Shown piece by piece: positions 28,498-39,321 of a DNA stretch of 64,000 bases. The notes below the pieces were generated by a model that saw nothing but the letters and a program-made list of their open reading frames with translations, did no database searches and was not told the DNA's origin. Every line of letters starts with the position of its first letter. Position 1 is the first letter of the stretch. A program made the position numbers and the translations under genes. The DNA is from Thermodesulfobacteriota bacterium (GTDB lineage Bacteria > Desulfobacterota_D > UBA1144 > Nemesobacterales > Nemesobacteraceae). Where the stretch lies: NCBI GenBank assembly GCA_965204665.1, contig OZ242002.1, positions 1,285,865 through 1,349,864 of the forward strand, in the 5' to 3' direction.

Positions 28498-30027
28498 CTA
28501 CTCATCTATTCTTGAAAACAGGTTTCTTCCTTTGCTTACTCTTGTCCCCGCCTGCATGCATCCCCACTCCCTTTCATCGGTGTTGATGTCCGACAGGACT
28601 CCGATTCTTCTCCGGATCTCCAAGGATGTTTCGGGAAGAAAGGGGTAGATGAGAATAGAAGTTGCCCTTATGCTCTCAGTTAAGGCCCACAGTACGGTTC
28701 TCAGCCGTGCGTGCTGGTCATCCCGCTTTGCAAGTGTCCAGGGAGACTCGCTGTCGACATATCTGTTAACGAAAGCTATAAACTCCCATATGCGGGAAAG
28801 GGCCTTGTTGAAGGCGAGTTCATCCAGTTCTGAAGATACCCAACTTGCCGTTTTCCCGTAAAACTCCTTTATTTCCTCTTCACGGCTAGTGAGTTCCGAC
28901 GGTTCCGGAACTACTCCTCCGAAGTACTTCTCCACCATTCCGAGTGATCTGCTTACAAGGTTGCCGAGCCCGTTCACCAGTTCTCCGTTCACCCTGCCTA
29001 TGAGCGATTTTCTGGAGTAGTCTCCGTCCTGTCCGAAAGGAATTTCCCGGAGAAGGAAATAACGAAACACCTCCGAACCAAACTCCTCCACCACCTGATA
29101 AGGGTCCACTACGTTTCCAAGCGACTTCGACATCTTCTCACCCTCCACCGTCCACCATCCGTGAGCGAAAACGGTTTTCGGAAGAGGTAGCCCCGCCGAC
29201 ATCAGAAATGCGGGCCAGTAGACTGCATGAAACCTCAGTATGTCTTTTCCGACCAGATGTATGTCCGCCGGCCAGAATTTGTCGAAATTCTCTGATTTTT
29301 CCGGAAAGCCCAGAGACGTGAGATAATTTGTGAGGGCATCGAACCAGACATATATAATATGTACGGGAGCCCCCGGGGCGGGAATTCCCCACGAGAAGTT
29401 CGTTCTGCTTACGCTTAGGTCTCTGAGACCTCCTTCAACGAAACTTATCACTTCATTCCTTCGATAATCGGGTTTTATGAATTCGGGGTGTTCGCGATAA
29501 TGGCGGAGCAGCGGCTCCTGGTATCTCGAAAGTCGGAAGAAGAAGCTTTGCTCCTTTATTTTTTCAAGTTTCGGGCGGTTCGCCTCCGGAAGTTTCATGA
29601 TTTCATCAAGTTGGGTGTCGGTTAGAAACAGCTCGTTTCTTACGTCGTACCATCCCTCGTACTCATCGAGATATATGTCTTCGTTCTTCTCGACGAGTCT
29701 CCATATCTCGGAGACCGCCTTATAATGGCGGGGTTCGGTGGTTCTTATAAAATCGGTGTTTGAGATGCCGAGAAGTTTCCAGAGATCAATAAATTTACTG
29801 AATACTCTGTTGGCAAGATGTATCGGGGTTTCCCCGGTTGCTTTTGCCGTTTGTTCTATTTTGCGACCGTGCTCGTCTGTCCCCGTAAGGAAGTATACGT
29901 CATATCCGGCGGCCGCTTTGTACCTTGCGACCGTGTCTGCGGCTATTGTTGTATAAGCATGCCCTATGTGCGGCACATCGTTCACGTAATATATGGGCGT
30001 TGTTACGTAGAATTTATTTTTTCTCAT
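28498..30027 (-). CDS. metG: methionine--tRNA ligase (short form)
   Basis: HIGH motif (PHIGHAYT), KMSKS motif and class I fold. Confidence 0.9.
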   Translation of the reverse strand: MRKNKFYVTTPIYYVNDVPHIGHAYTTIAADTVARYKAAAGYDVYFLTGTDEHGRKIEQTAKATGETPIHLANRVFSKFIDLWKLLGISNTDFIRTTEPRHYKAVSEIWRLVEKNEDIYLDEYEGWYDVRNELFLTDTQLDEIMKLPEANRPKLEKIKEQSFFFRLSRYQEPLLRHYREHPEFIKPDYRRNEVISFVEGGLRDLSVSRTNFSWGIPAPGAPVHIIYVWFDALTNYLTSLGFPEKSENFDKFWPADIHLVGKDILRFHAVYWPAFLMSAGLPLPKTVFAHGWWTVEGEKMSKSLGNVVDPYQVVEEFGSEVFRYFLLREIPFGQDGDYSRKSLIGRVNGELVNGLGNLVSRSLGMVEKYFGGVVPEPSELTSREEEIKEFYGKTASWVSSELDELAFNKALSRIWEFIAFVNRYVDSESPWTLAKRDDQHARLRTVLWALTESIRATSILIYPFLPETSLEIRRRIGVLSDINTDEREWGCMQAGTRVSKGRNLFSRIDE

Positions 30028-30597
30028 GTGTGCATATCCGCCGTGGAAAGTATACGGAATGCAGGTTATTAAAACACAATAAGAGTCATATTCAAACTGA
30101 ACCTCTGCTTGCGCCGGATCCGACTATGGTTTATCTCTGCCGATATTTCTGTTGATTTTTCGGTTTTGACTGTCCCTGAACGAGAATTGTTCTGTAATCG
30201 ACCTCGACTTGCGTTTCGTACCGCGAACAATAAGGTTTTGTTTCAGCCGTTCTTGATCCTCCGTAGATTGATTTTCCGCGCAGACCGTAGTATGAGAGGC
30301 TGGAGACGAGCGGTTGTCCAGAGATGAAAATGCCGGTGTATCCGATGTGGAACTTAAGAGCATTGCTCTGTTTGACCGCCTGGATGACGGCACACCCGAG
30401 ACCCGATTCTCGGATACATGGTCCGGAGGCGGCGGGAAATTGAGAATTGTTTGTTGCCGAAAGCGTCATCACAACAGTTGACGGACGACTGCTTGACAGC
30501 GAAGTTATATTGTACTGACGCTACATGCAGTAGAGGGAAGCGTTCCGATTTACCTTCTCTCTACTGCGCAACAAAATTCCATCGGGATAATCGGCTG

Positions 30598-31254
30598 CTA
30601 AGCAAAGTCGCGGGTAAGTCTGCAGGGCTTCCAATTTTCCGTCCAGTGTTCGTCACTTTGTACATGTCCGTCGCGAACACTCTTGCAGATATTGATCGGA
30701 AATTCCGATTCGGAAAAGCCCGACGCCACTCGCATTACAACGCCTTCCCGCTCGCCTCCGAGTACGGAAGGCTCAGCGTGAGCATGGTTCAAAAACGTCT
30801 GCGCTTCCTTGACCGATCTGAAGACTCCTCTGAACAGGACAGGAACTGTCGGGATTCCGTTCCGGTTCGCATAACTCTCCATATCGGCGAACGGGGCGAA
30901 TGCTCCGGTCTTGTTCCCAAGAGCGAAGGCGTAGAATGTTCGGTCCTCGGGAACCGGTCCGTACGCAATACTGTGCACACCATATATATCCTCTCCGTAG
31001 AGATAGATATCGAATCCGGTCACTTTCCAAGCATGGTGCTTTTTCACCATCGCCGTCCATTTCCCTTCAGATGGGGCGGACACGCTGCGTTCATAAACCC
31101 TGCCGTCATGCAGAAGAATGTTGCTGCCGTCTAATTTCTCGGTAACCACTACAGGTACACCCGCAAAATGAGACGGGTCGGGGTGGATTCTTTCATCCCG
31201 ACCAATAGCCGGAGAGTGTGGCCAATACGGCGTTCTGGGATATTTACGGTTCAA
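30598..31254 (-). CDS. Rnl-type RNA ligase family protein (nucleotidyltransferase with KxDG motif)
   Basis: Motif I TEKLDGSN (Lys40), motif IV-like EGVVMRV, and a lysine-containing motif V-like segment. 218 aa. Confidence 0.6.
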   Translation of the reverse strand: MNRKYPRTPYWPHSPAIGRDERIHPDPSHFAGVPVVVTEKLDGSNILLHDGRVYERSVSAPSEGKWTAMVKKHHAWKVTGFDIYLYGEDIYGVHSIAYGPVPEDRTFYAFALGNKTGAFAPFADMESYANRNGIPTVPVLFRGVFRSVKEAQTFLNHAHAEPSVLGGEREGVVMRVASGFSESEFPINICKSVRDGHVQSDEHWTENWKPCRLTRDFA

Positions 31255-31292
31255 ATCTGTTGTCCTCTGTATCCGCTCTAGCCCAAGTCATA

Positions 31293-31769
31293 TCATTTGC
31301 TTGCGTAGTGAGGACAAAGCTGGCTGATCTTCAAGCACAGACGTTTCATTAAAGAATCTTGTTGCCGCCAGTCGCTGTCCGTCGCGTTCAGCACAACCGC
31401 ATTCGCTTTCACTGCTACCGCAAGAAATTTCCGGTCGCTCGGGTCAAAGTTGTTTCGGGGCAACTCTTCAAAACTTCTCCGGTCATCCTCCGACGGAGTA
31501 ATGACAACTCTCCGTACGCGGCCATTCGGCAAGTGTTGGTTATCCCATAGATATTTGAAAAACATGTCACCTACTCCCGGTTTGCCGGAGAGAGACAGGT
31601 GATTTCTATATTCTTCGATGATCAACCCTCTTTCATCGACCGCTACAGTTTCTCTCTCGACCACTTCCTGCAATTTTTCCACGCAGCTCAGTTGACATTT
31701 AAAGTCAATATTTTCGTTGCCGCCGTTAGCCACGACGGCAACATTGGTATCAACGACAAATACATTCAT
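31293..31769 (-). CDS. PIN-domain nuclease
   Basis: FVVDTNV (Asp7), acidic residues around 38-40, and DRKFLAVAVKANAVVLNATDSDW (Asp112, Asp131/133). The start codon overlaps the stop of the upstream ATPase gene. Confidence 0.65.
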   Translation of the reverse strand: MNVFVVDTNVAVVANGGNENIDFKCQLSCVEKLQEVVERETVAVDERGLIIEEYRNHLSLSGKPGVGDMFFKYLWDNQHLPNGRVRRVVITPSEDDRRSFEELPRNNFDPSDRKFLAVAVKANAVVLNATDSDWRQQDSLMKRLCLKISQLCPHYASK

Positions 31770-33139
31770 CAGGAATGTCCTATTCTTCTTTTCAAAGAAG
31801 CTTTGGCTATAGCTGCTACTTCTCCCATTTCATCGCCGAAGAAATTCTTCGGCCAGTTCTCCACCTCTCCCCACTCATTGAGGGACAGATCGGAAATCTG
31901 CGCTTTATGTCCTCTAGTCGATACAAAATACAATTTGATGTTCTCCGGAGATTCCTTTCCCTCTGCCACCCTGCGCTGCAGGCGGCGCAACAGATATTCG
32001 CTATGGCTTTCCACGATGATTTGCACATCTCGGACATTGGAAACTTCCAACATCAGATCTGCAAGTCCGCTCTGCACTGCAGGATGGAGATGTATCTCGG
32101 GTTGTTCCATCAGCACAGTGGAGCCTTCCGGGACATAGTAAAGAAGTACCAACGCCGGCAGAACTTGCGATACGCCGAATCCAACATCGGTTAATGCGGT
32201 TTGCGGACTTGACCTGGATGTCTTCACGATTGCCCTGTACAGATTAGTTCCCTCGGAGATCTCCTCGATGCTGAATTCGTGAATAAGCCCCAGTTTTTTG
32301 AGCCAGTGTGCGATCACTTCCTGAAATGTTTTTTCTGGATAATATTTGATACGTTTCATTTCTTTATTGCGGGTAGCGGCGAGAATCGCTTCGACCGTGC
32401 GTTCACCTCGTTGTCCGACATCGCAGGGGCCGGAACCGGCCCAATTATATTGTCGTTGCGGATATTCCCGCAGAGGACCGAGGTAGTAGATGGAGTCCAT
32501 CAAATTTTCGTATTCCCACTCGAAAAGATTCAGAAACTCGGCGTTCTGATAGTGAAAACGCATGTCCGGAAACAGGTGTGTCTTGATCGGGCGGGGAATA
32601 GTGTTTGCTTGACCTTTGTTGCGTACGAATTCAAAATCGTCAGCAGTTGTCTTCAGGTCGAATTCATTATCCGACCTAGGCTTGGATTTCAACCGGAAAT
32701 CCGCCCCGGCGAACCTGTAGGCTAACTCATATGTCCAAGGAAGGTCGTTCTTCATGCCGACCTGGCATCGAGTCTGAAGAGAGTTACCTTTCAGTTGAGG
32801 GATGGAAGGTCCGGTCTGCATGTTCATCTCTCTCATCATGTCTGAGAGTTCGAGAGTATCGGATAACGACCAGTCAAGGAGCCAGCCGATCCGCTTTTTT
32901 TCATCATGAAGGTGCACTATATCACGAAAGGACCTGAGGCTTACTAAGTCGGAAGGACCTCCGAAATGGAGCACCAACCGGCGGTCTGTCGCATTCTTGG
33001 TCTGTTTAAGCAGGAGTAGAAATTGTAGAAGACTGCTCTTGCCCGCACTGTTTGTGCCGAAAAATCCGGTTACTTTTCCGAATCGTATGTCCGCTTCCTT
33101 CCACGCCTTGAAATTTGAGAGTTGCAGTTTGTTTATCAT
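31769..33139 (-). CDS. ABC-type AAA ATPase (AAA_15/AAA_21-like) with a C-terminal DUF3696-like motif
   Basis: Walker A GTNSAGKSS. Walker B / D-loop VLMEQPEIHLHP. H-loop ESHSE. C-terminal WPKNFFGDE. Confidence 0.7.
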   Translation of the reverse strand: MINKLQLSNFKAWKEADIRFGKVTGFFGTNSAGKSSLLQFLLLLKQTKNATDRRLVLHFGGPSDLVSLRSFRDIVHLHDEKKRIGWLLDWSLSDTLELSDMMREMNMQTGPSIPQLKGNSLQTRCQVGMKNDLPWTYELAYRFAGADFRLKSKPRSDNEFDLKTTADDFEFVRNKGQANTIPRPIKTHLFPDMRFHYQNAEFLNLFEWEYENLMDSIYYLGPLREYPQRQYNWAGSGPCDVGQRGERTVEAILAATRNKEMKRIKYYPEKTFQEVIAHWLKKLGLIHEFSIEEISEGTNLYRAIVKTSRSSPQTALTDVGFGVSQVLPALVLLYYVPEGSTVLMEQPEIHLHPAVQSGLADLMLEVSNVRDVQIIVESHSEYLLRRLQRRVAEGKESPENIKLYFVSTRGHKAQISDLSLNEWGEVENWPKNFFGDEMGEVAAIAKASLKRRIGHS

Positions 33140-33400
33140 TCGATTTTCCTGATCTATACTTCAAAAGTCCGGACAAGTTCAATGGAATTTTACACCTATA
33201 AGAGATGTATGTTCAAATCAGGAGCATCTCAAAATCTCTGTGACAACCGACAAGAAACCCGCAATCCTACTGGTTATGAATGAGCCGTGGAACAGAAAAC
33301 AAATATTCGTTATCGACTACTTGCTGTGCTATAATAAGATTTCCATGAAGTTTCGGCGTTAGATGAGTGCTGTTTGAGAAACAGGTCAGGAGGGTAGGAA

Positions 33401-33823
33401 TTGGAAGAAGGCGCATCTCTTTATCACGTATCGATTGCTGTCAGGGACATTGCCGAGGCGGAGCAGTTGTACTCAAAACTTATAGGACTTGAAGTTGTCC
33501 ACAGAGAGGTTGTGGAAGAACAGGGGGTCAGCACCTCAATGCTCAGGTCTCGGGATGGGAAGGGAACCGCGATTGAACTTGTCGAGCCCCTTGATGAAAA
33601 TTCGCCTATAACGAAATTTCTTGAAAGGAGGGGTGAAGGCATTCATCACATATGCTTCATGGTGGATGACATAGAGGCTTCTCTTGAAAAACTCAAAGAG
33701 CAGGAAGTGAAACTCATCGACGAGCATCCCAGAGACGGGTCTTACAACTCGAGAGTCGCCTTTATACATCCCAAGGCTATGAACGGGGTGCTGGTGGAAC
33801 TTGCCGAGATAAAAAAGGACTGA
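33401..33823 (+). CDS. methylmalonyl-CoA epimerase (VOC/glyoxalase family)
   Basis: HVSIAVRDI...GEGIHHICFMVDDIE signature; TTG start with an AGGAGGG RBS. Confidence 0.8.
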   Translation: MEEGASLYHVSIAVRDIAEAEQLYSKLIGLEVVHREVVEEQGVSTSMLRSRDGKGTAIELVEPLDENSPITKFLERRGEGIHHICFMVDDIEASLEKLKEQEVKLIDEHPRDGSYNSRVAFIHPKAMNGVLVELAEIKKD

Positions 33824-33825
33824 TT

Positions 33826-34017
33826 TCAGTTCCCGGAATCCGGTCCGTTCTGTTTCCCCCCTGTATCCGCGGAGTCTTCTTCCTTGAGAGATCTGCGGAA
33901 CCCTCTTATTCCCTTTCCGAGAGAAGACCCAAGATCAGCGAGTCTTCGCGGACCGAAGACGAGCAGCAGAATCAGCAGTATTACGATAAGTTCCCATATG
34001 CCGGGCGTCCATGACAT
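33826..34017 (-). CDS. tatA: twin-arginine translocase subunit TatA/E
   Basis: GIWELIVILLILLLVFGPRRLADLGSSLGKGIRGFR matches the TatA consensus. Confidence 0.8.
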   Translation of the reverse strand: MSWTPGIWELIVILLILLLVFGPRRLADLGSSLGKGIRGFRRSLKEEDSADTGGKQNGPDSGN

Positions 34018-34079
34018 AGTCTTAAAAAACTACCCGAATTCCTTTTTATCTCAAATATTTCGGCGGACGGCGCAGAGTC

Positions 34080-36170
34080 TCAGACTTTTGAAAAGTCGGC
34101 GATTCTGAAAAAAAGGTTCTTTATATCGCTGAGAAGAAGAAGTCGGTTGTTTCTTATCTTCTCATCCTTGTCCATAACCATTACGGCGTCAAAGAAACTA
34201 TCTATGGGTTCTGCGAGCGTCCTTATCGCCGCAAGGCAATCTGCGTAATCATTTTCCGAAGGTGCTTTTCCTGATCCGCAGAGTTTTTCAGATACTGCGC
34301 TTCTGACTTCGCAGAAAATCTCCCGCAATTCTTTTTCCTCTTTCTGCGCAAGAAGTTTTTCATTGAATTCCGCGGATGGTCTGGTTTTCGCGATGTTGAA
34401 GACCCTTTTGAAACCGGTGGACAGCATGTCGAAATCTGAGCGCCCGGCAAATTCTTCAACCGCTTTTATTCTTCGCAGCGCGTCAAGCGGATTGTCGAAT
34501 CCCGCTTCGACCACGGATTCGACAATGTTTCTCTCATGGGCAGTTTCGGTCATGAGGTTCCGAAACCTTTCAGAGAAAAAACCGAGAATGGTCCGTTCAA
34601 GTTCGCAGCGGGGCTTACGTGTTGAACCGGCTTTTTCCACGTCAATCGAGTCAAGAACGAGTTTGGTGCTGCGATTTATAATTTCCGTGAGGGAGATATC
34701 GAGGTTTTTCTCTATCGCTATTCTCAGTATTCCGAGAGTCTGTCTTCTGAGCGCATAAGGGTCCGACGACCCTGTGGGAGCGAGGTTTGCGATAAAGCAG
34801 GAACAGATGCTGTCCATCTTGTCCACTATGCTCAGGAGGGCTCCGGTTTTAGTCTCGGGGAGCTTATCCGTTCTCGATAGGGGCATGTAGTGTTCTTCCA
34901 ATGCGGCAGCAACGGACTCTTTCTCCCCGGAGATAAGGGAATAGTATTTTCCCATTACGCCCTGAAGTTCAGGGAATTCAAAAACCATCTGGGTTGCCAG
35001 ATCTGATTTCGAGAGTTCAGCGGCCCTCCCGAGATCGGGATCTGTGAACATCTCCTCGGCAAGTGCCTTCATCCTCTTCACTTTAGTTCTGTAACTTCCT
35101 ATTTCCGAGAGAAACACCATGCTGTCGAGGGCTTTTGTGTAGTGTTCCAATTTGTTTTTCGTATCTTCCGAGAAGAAAAATTCCGCGTCATTCAGTCTCG
35201 CTCTTATGACTTTCTCATTTCCTCTTATGACAACGCTTTCGTCACTGATCGGGGTTCCGCAGACAAAGACGAAATTTGAAACCAGGTTGCCGGTTTCCGC
35301 TGAACGGACGGGAAAATATTTCTGGTGGCCTTTCATAACGCTTACAAGCACTTCTTCGGGAAGGTCGAGGTATTTTTTCTCGAATTTCCCGACGAGTACG
35401 GTCGGGTGCTCCACCAGGTTCGCAACGATCTCGAGCAACTCCTGATCCCGGTCTATTCTGCCCCCTGTTTTTTCCGCAGCCGCATCAGACTGTTTTTTTA
35501 TAATTTCTTTTCTTCTCTCCGGGTCGAGTATGACGTCCCTTTTCCTGAGGGCGTTCATATAACTTTCCCAGGATGAGATTCGGAAAGGTTTCGGGGAAGT
35601 AAATCTGTGTCCGAAACTCAGACCGCAGTTTTTTACGTTTTCAATACTGAAATCAATTATCTTCGCGTCATAGACGGCGGCTATCCATCTGATGGGTCTT
35701 GCGAAAGTGGTTTTTCCCACCCCCCATTTCATCGATTTCCTGAACGGAATTGAAAGAATCGCTCTGGGAAGAATATCCTTGAGTGCAGAAGATGTCGGAG
35801 TTCCCTTGACGGTTTTTTTCGCGCACAGGAATTCACCGTTCTGCCGTTTCGTCACTGTGAGTTCCGACACGCCCACCCCCTGTGCCCTGGCAAAACCCAA
35901 AGCCGCTTTTGTCGGTTCTCCGCTTTCGTCAAACGCCATGCGTACGGGTGGTCCGAAGTTTTCTGTTGTGCGGTCCCGTTGCATCTCTTCCAGTTCACTT
36001 ACCCTCACTGAAAGTCTTCTGGGAGTGTGGAAAACTTCTATTGAGCCGAACCCGATACCCTGCCCGCGAAACTCCGCGTCAAGGATACTGCGCAATTGAT
36101 TTCTCGCATTTTCAAGAAACAGTGCCGGTATCTCCTCTGTTCCGATTTCCAGTATCAGTTCTTTTTCCAT
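34080..36170 (-). CDS. glyS: glycine--tRNA ligase beta subunit
   Basis: Around 700-aa GlyS. The likely start is the internal Met ([15 protein letters not shown]). Confidence 0.85.
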   Translation of the reverse strand: MEKELILEIGTEEIPALFLENARNQLRSILDAEFRGQGIGFGSIEVFHTPRRLSVRVSELEEMQRDRTTENFGPPVRMAFDESGEPTKAALGFARAQGVGVSELTVTKRQNGEFLCAKKTVKGTPTSSALKDILPRAILSIPFRKSMKWGVGKTTFARPIRWIAAVYDAKIIDFSIENVKNCGLSFGHRFTSPKPFRISSWESYMNALRKRDVILDPERRKEIIKKQSDAAAEKTGGRIDRDQELLEIVANLVEHPTVLVGKFEKKYLDLPEEVLVSVMKGHQKYFPVRSAETGNLVSNFVFVCGTPISDESVVIRGNEKVIRARLNDAEFFFSEDTKNKLEHYTKALDSMVFLSEIGSYRTKVKRMKALAEEMFTDPDLGRAAELSKSDLATQMVFEFPELQGVMGKYYSLISGEKESVAAALEEHYMPLSRTDKLPETKTGALLSIVDKMDSICSCFIANLAPTGSSDPYALRRQTLGILRIAIEKNLDISLTEIINRSTKLVLDSIDVEKAGSTRKPRCELERTILGFFSERFRNLMTETAHERNIVESVVEAGFDNPLDALRRIKAVEEFAGRSDFDMLSTGFKRVFNIAKTRPSAEFNEKLLAQKEEKELREIFCEVRSAVSEKLCGSGKAPSENDYADCLAAIRTLAEPIDSFFDAVMVMDKDEKIRNNRLLLLSDIKNLFFRIADFSKV

Positions 36171-37051
36171 GGGCTGTTTTTCAAAAGAGGAAATCCGAGT
36201 TTCTCTCTGGTTTCCAAGTAGCCTGCGGCGCACAGATTGGCAAGAGACCGTACTCTTGCTATGTAGGACGCTCTCTGCGCTACTCCGATGGCTCCTCTCG
36301 CGTCAAGCAGATTGAATGCATGCGAACTCTTAAGGCAGTACTGGTAAGCGGGCAGCGGAAGTTTTTTTTCTATAAGAGACCGGCACTCCTGTTCGTACAT
36401 ATTGAACATTTGACGAAGCATATCCGGGTCCGATTCTTCAAAGTTGTATGTTGAAAACTGAAATTCGTCCTGATGATGTATTTCCCCGTAGGTTATTCCT
36501 TCTGTCCATTGAAGATCATAAACGCTTTGAACTTCCTGCAGATACATGGCTATTCTTTCCGTTCCGTAGGTGATTTCCGCGGATATGGGGTTAAGGTCTA
36601 TTCCTCCGGCCTGCTGAAAATATGTGAATTGGGTTATCTCCATGCCGTCGAGCCACACTTCCCAGCCCAGCCCCCAGGCTCCGAGAGTGGGAGATTCCCA
36701 GTCATCCTCGACAAATCTTATATCGTGCTCAAGCGGGTTTATTCCGAAGGACTTCAGACTGTCGAGAAACAATTGCTGGATGTTGTCGGGAGACGGCTTT
36801 ATGATCACCTGGAACTGGTAGTAGTGCTGAAGCCTGTTGGGGTTATCTCCGTATCGGCCGTCAGTGGGTCTCCTCGACGGCTCAACATAAGCCGCATGCC
36901 ACGGCTCGGGGCCCAGACACCGCAGAAAAGTGGCCGGATTGAAAGTCCCTGCTCCTTTCTCCGTATCGTAGGGTTGAACTATAAGACATCCCTTGGAAGA
37001 CCAATAGTTCTGCAGAGATAAAATGAGTTTCTGATACGTCATCAGCGGCAA
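36155..37051 (-). CDS. glyQ: glycine--tRNA ligase alpha subunit
   Basis: [18 protein letters not shown] ... highly conserved GlyQ sequence. Confidence 0.9.
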   Translation of the reverse strand: MPLMTYQKLILSLQNYWSSKGCLIVQPYDTEKGAGTFNPATFLRCLGPEPWHAAYVEPSRRPTDGRYGDNPNRLQHYYQFQVIIKPSPDNIQQLFLDSLKSFGINPLEHDIRFVEDDWESPTLGAWGLGWEVWLDGMEITQFTYFQQAGGIDLNPISAEITYGTERIAMYLQEVQSVYDLQWTEGITYGEIHHQDEFQFSTYNFEESDPDMLRQMFNMYEQECRSLIEKKLPLPAYQYCLKSSHAFNLLDARGAIGVAQRASYIARVRSLANLCAAGYLETREKLGFPLLKNSPWKKN

Positions 37052-37171
37052 GATACTACCATTAAAACAGAAGAATCAAACATCAGAACAGAACATTTGG
37101 GGAAATCAGCCGGTTCAGTAATTTTATTGTCCGATGCCCGAAATTGTAAAAGAGATAATTTCGGATGCCGC

Positions 37172-38503
37172 CTACAGCGCGTAAGGATTATATCGTCTGA
37201 TACCACAAAGAGCACGCCGTGCCGCAAACGCGCGGGCTTTCGTTTTTCCCGTTTTCTGCTCCGCTTTCGGAGAAAGCCCGAAATTCATGTTCATCGGCTG
37301 AAAGTCCGTTTTTTCTCCGGAGCAGATATACTCCGGCAGAGAACCTATGGATGTTTCTCTCGGAACAGTTGTCGGAGGCAGTCCCAGAGCTTTTCTCGCA
37401 GCGTTTATACCGCACACCATTCCGGTGGCTGCGGACTCCACGTATCCTTCAACTCCGGTTATCTGCCCCGCAAAGAAAACGTCGCCGCGATTTCTGAGCG
37501 AAAGGTCGTTCTTGAGCAGTTTCGGGGAATTTATGTAGGTGTTTCTGTGCACGCTTCCGTACCTGAGGAATTCCGCTTTCTCCAGACCGGGAATCTTTCT
37601 GAACACACTTCTCTGCTCCGGATATCGCAGTTTCGTCTGGAAGCCGACCATATTATACATGCTCTGCTCCGAGTTCTCCGTCCGGAGCTGCAGAACCGCA
37701 AAAGGAGTTTTTCCGGTTCTCGGGTCCGTAAGTCCCACGGGTCTTAACGGACCGAAACGCAGGGTATCTCTTCCCCTCTCGCACATTACTTCAACCGGCA
37801 TGCAGCTTTGAAAATATATCGCCTTTTCAAACTCTCTGGTTTTCACTTTCTCCGCCGAAAGCAATCCGTCCACAAGTTCGTAATACCGCCGCTCGGATAT
37901 AGGGCAGTTGAGATAGTCCCCATGCAGTGAATCCCTCCGGTCATATCTGGAAGCTCTGAAGGTTTTCAATTGGTCAATCGTGTCCGCGTCGATTATCGGA
38001 GATATGGCGTCGTAGAAATAAAGGCGGTCGGATTCCGTAAGCGAGGAGATGCTTGCGCACATATCATCCGACGTAAGAGGCCCCGTAGCTATTATGGTTA
38101 TGCGTTCATCCCGCTTCGGTATTTCTTTCGCCTCTTCCCTTATTATATCGACGAGTTCGTTCTCTTCCGTTCTCCGCGTTATGTAGTTTGAAAACATATC
38201 TCTGTCCACAGCCAGCGCCTTTCCCGCGGGAACCCTTGAAGCCTCCGCCGCTTCAATAACCAGCGAACCGAGATGTTTCATTTCCTCTTTCAATATTCCC
38301 GATGCGTTTTCCGTGGATGACGATTTAAGGGAATTGCTGCACACAAGTTCGGCAAGACCTGAAGTTCTGTGAGCTTCCGTATTTCGTACGGGTCTCATTT
38401 CATAGAGTTTCACACTCACTCCGAATTTCGTGACCTGATTCGCCGCCTCGCCGCCGGCAAGACTGCCGCCTATCACCGTTATGGAAGTTTGTTCCGCGTT
38501 CAC
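37172..38503 (-). CDS. trmFO: methylenetetrahydrofolate--tRNA-(uracil54-C5)-methyltransferase TrmFO
   Basis: FAD-binding VIGGSLAGGEAA, a ~440-aa Gid/TrmFO family. Confidence 0.85.
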   Translation of the reverse strand: MNAEQTSITVIGGSLAGGEAANQVTKFGVSVKLYEMRPVRNTEAHRTSGLAELVCSNSLKSSSTENASGILKEEMKHLGSLVIEAAEASRVPAGKALAVDRDMFSNYITRRTEENELVDIIREEAKEIPKRDERITIIATGPLTSDDMCASISSLTESDRLYFYDAISPIIDADTIDQLKTFRASRYDRRDSLHGDYLNCPISERRYYELVDGLLSAEKVKTREFEKAIYFQSCMPVEVMCERGRDTLRFGPLRPVGLTDPRTGKTPFAVLQLRTENSEQSMYNMVGFQTKLRYPEQRSVFRKIPGLEKAEFLRYGSVHRNTYINSPKLLKNDLSLRNRGDVFFAGQITGVEGYVESAATGMVCGINAARKALGLPPTTVPRETSIGSLPEYICSGEKTDFQPMNMNFGLSPKAEQKTGKTKARAFAARRALCGIRRYNPYAL

Positions 38504-38652
38504 TGCGAGATCCCCTGATATTCACCCGGTTCCGGTGAGAATTCTCCACCGCATCCCCGAGCCGGCGAGCATCCGGAGAAAAATACATTATTTCCGTCCG
38601 TCGTCGGAATTGTTTTCTGCTCTGAGATTAGTTATTTAATTCCCGAAGGATA

Positions 38653-39309
38653 ATGAGATATAGAGCAGTTGTATTTGACCTTGACGGGACCCTGATTGAC
38701 TCTCTCGAGGACCTTGCCGATGCTGTCAACCAGGCGCTTTTAGTAAACGGCTTCCCGACTCATGAAACCGGATGCTTCCGTCATTTCATAGGAAGCGGAG
38801 CATTTGTGATGGTAAAAAGGGCTCTTCCGGAAAGAAACAGAGATGAGATCACCGTCGGCAAATGCCTTGACGATTTCAACTCCATTTACAGCCGCAGCTT
38901 CGATACGAAGACCACCCTGTATGAAGGAATACCGGAACTTCTCGACGAGCTTTTAAGAAGAAATATGAAAATCGCCATCCTGACCAACAAACCTCAGGAA
39001 TTTACGGAAAAATACGTGAGGAATCTGCTTTCCAGCTGGAGTTTCGAGGTGGTTCTGGGTCAGAGGGATGAGATTCCCAGGAAGCCTGACCCTTCGGGAG
39101 CTATCAGAATACTGGAAGAGCTCGGCATTGAGTCTTCCCAGACGGTTTATCTGGGAGATTCCGGTGTGGATATGCTTACCGCCGTGGGAGCCGGTATGCT
39201 TCCCGTAGGGGTTCTATGGGGTTTCCGCACCGGAGACGAGCTTCGCAGAAACGGTGCGCGGCATCTTATAGAGACTCCGATGGATTTGTTTTCAATCATA
39301 GACTCGTAG
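38653..39309 (+). CDS. HAD-family hydrolase (phosphoglycolate-phosphatase-like)
   Basis: VVFDLDGTLIDS motif I and the other HAD motifs. Confidence 0.8.
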   Translation: MRYRAVVFDLDGTLIDSLEDLADAVNQALLVNGFPTHETGCFRHFIGSGAFVMVKRALPERNRDEITVGKCLDDFNSIYSRSFDTKTTLYEGIPELLDELLRRNMKIAILTNKPQEFTEKYVRNLLSSWSFEVVLGQRDEIPRKPDPSGAIRILEELGIESSQTVYLGDSGVDMLTAVGAGMLPVGVLWGFRTGDELRRNGARHLIETPMDLFSIIDS

Positions 39310-39321
39310 TGTTTTCTGCAT

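Noticed and set aside
30124-30472. 89- and 113-aa minus-strand ORFs in the metG / RNA-ligase intergenic gap
   Set aside because: They are low-complexity Ser/Arg/Asn-rich translations without an RBS. This region is better explained as non-coding leader sequence.
30028-30597. A T-box leader was looked for upstream of metG
   Set aside because: The T-box consensus (AATTAGGGTGGTACCGCG) was not found on the metG strand; only an unrelated GTACCGCG fragment in the wrong orientation.
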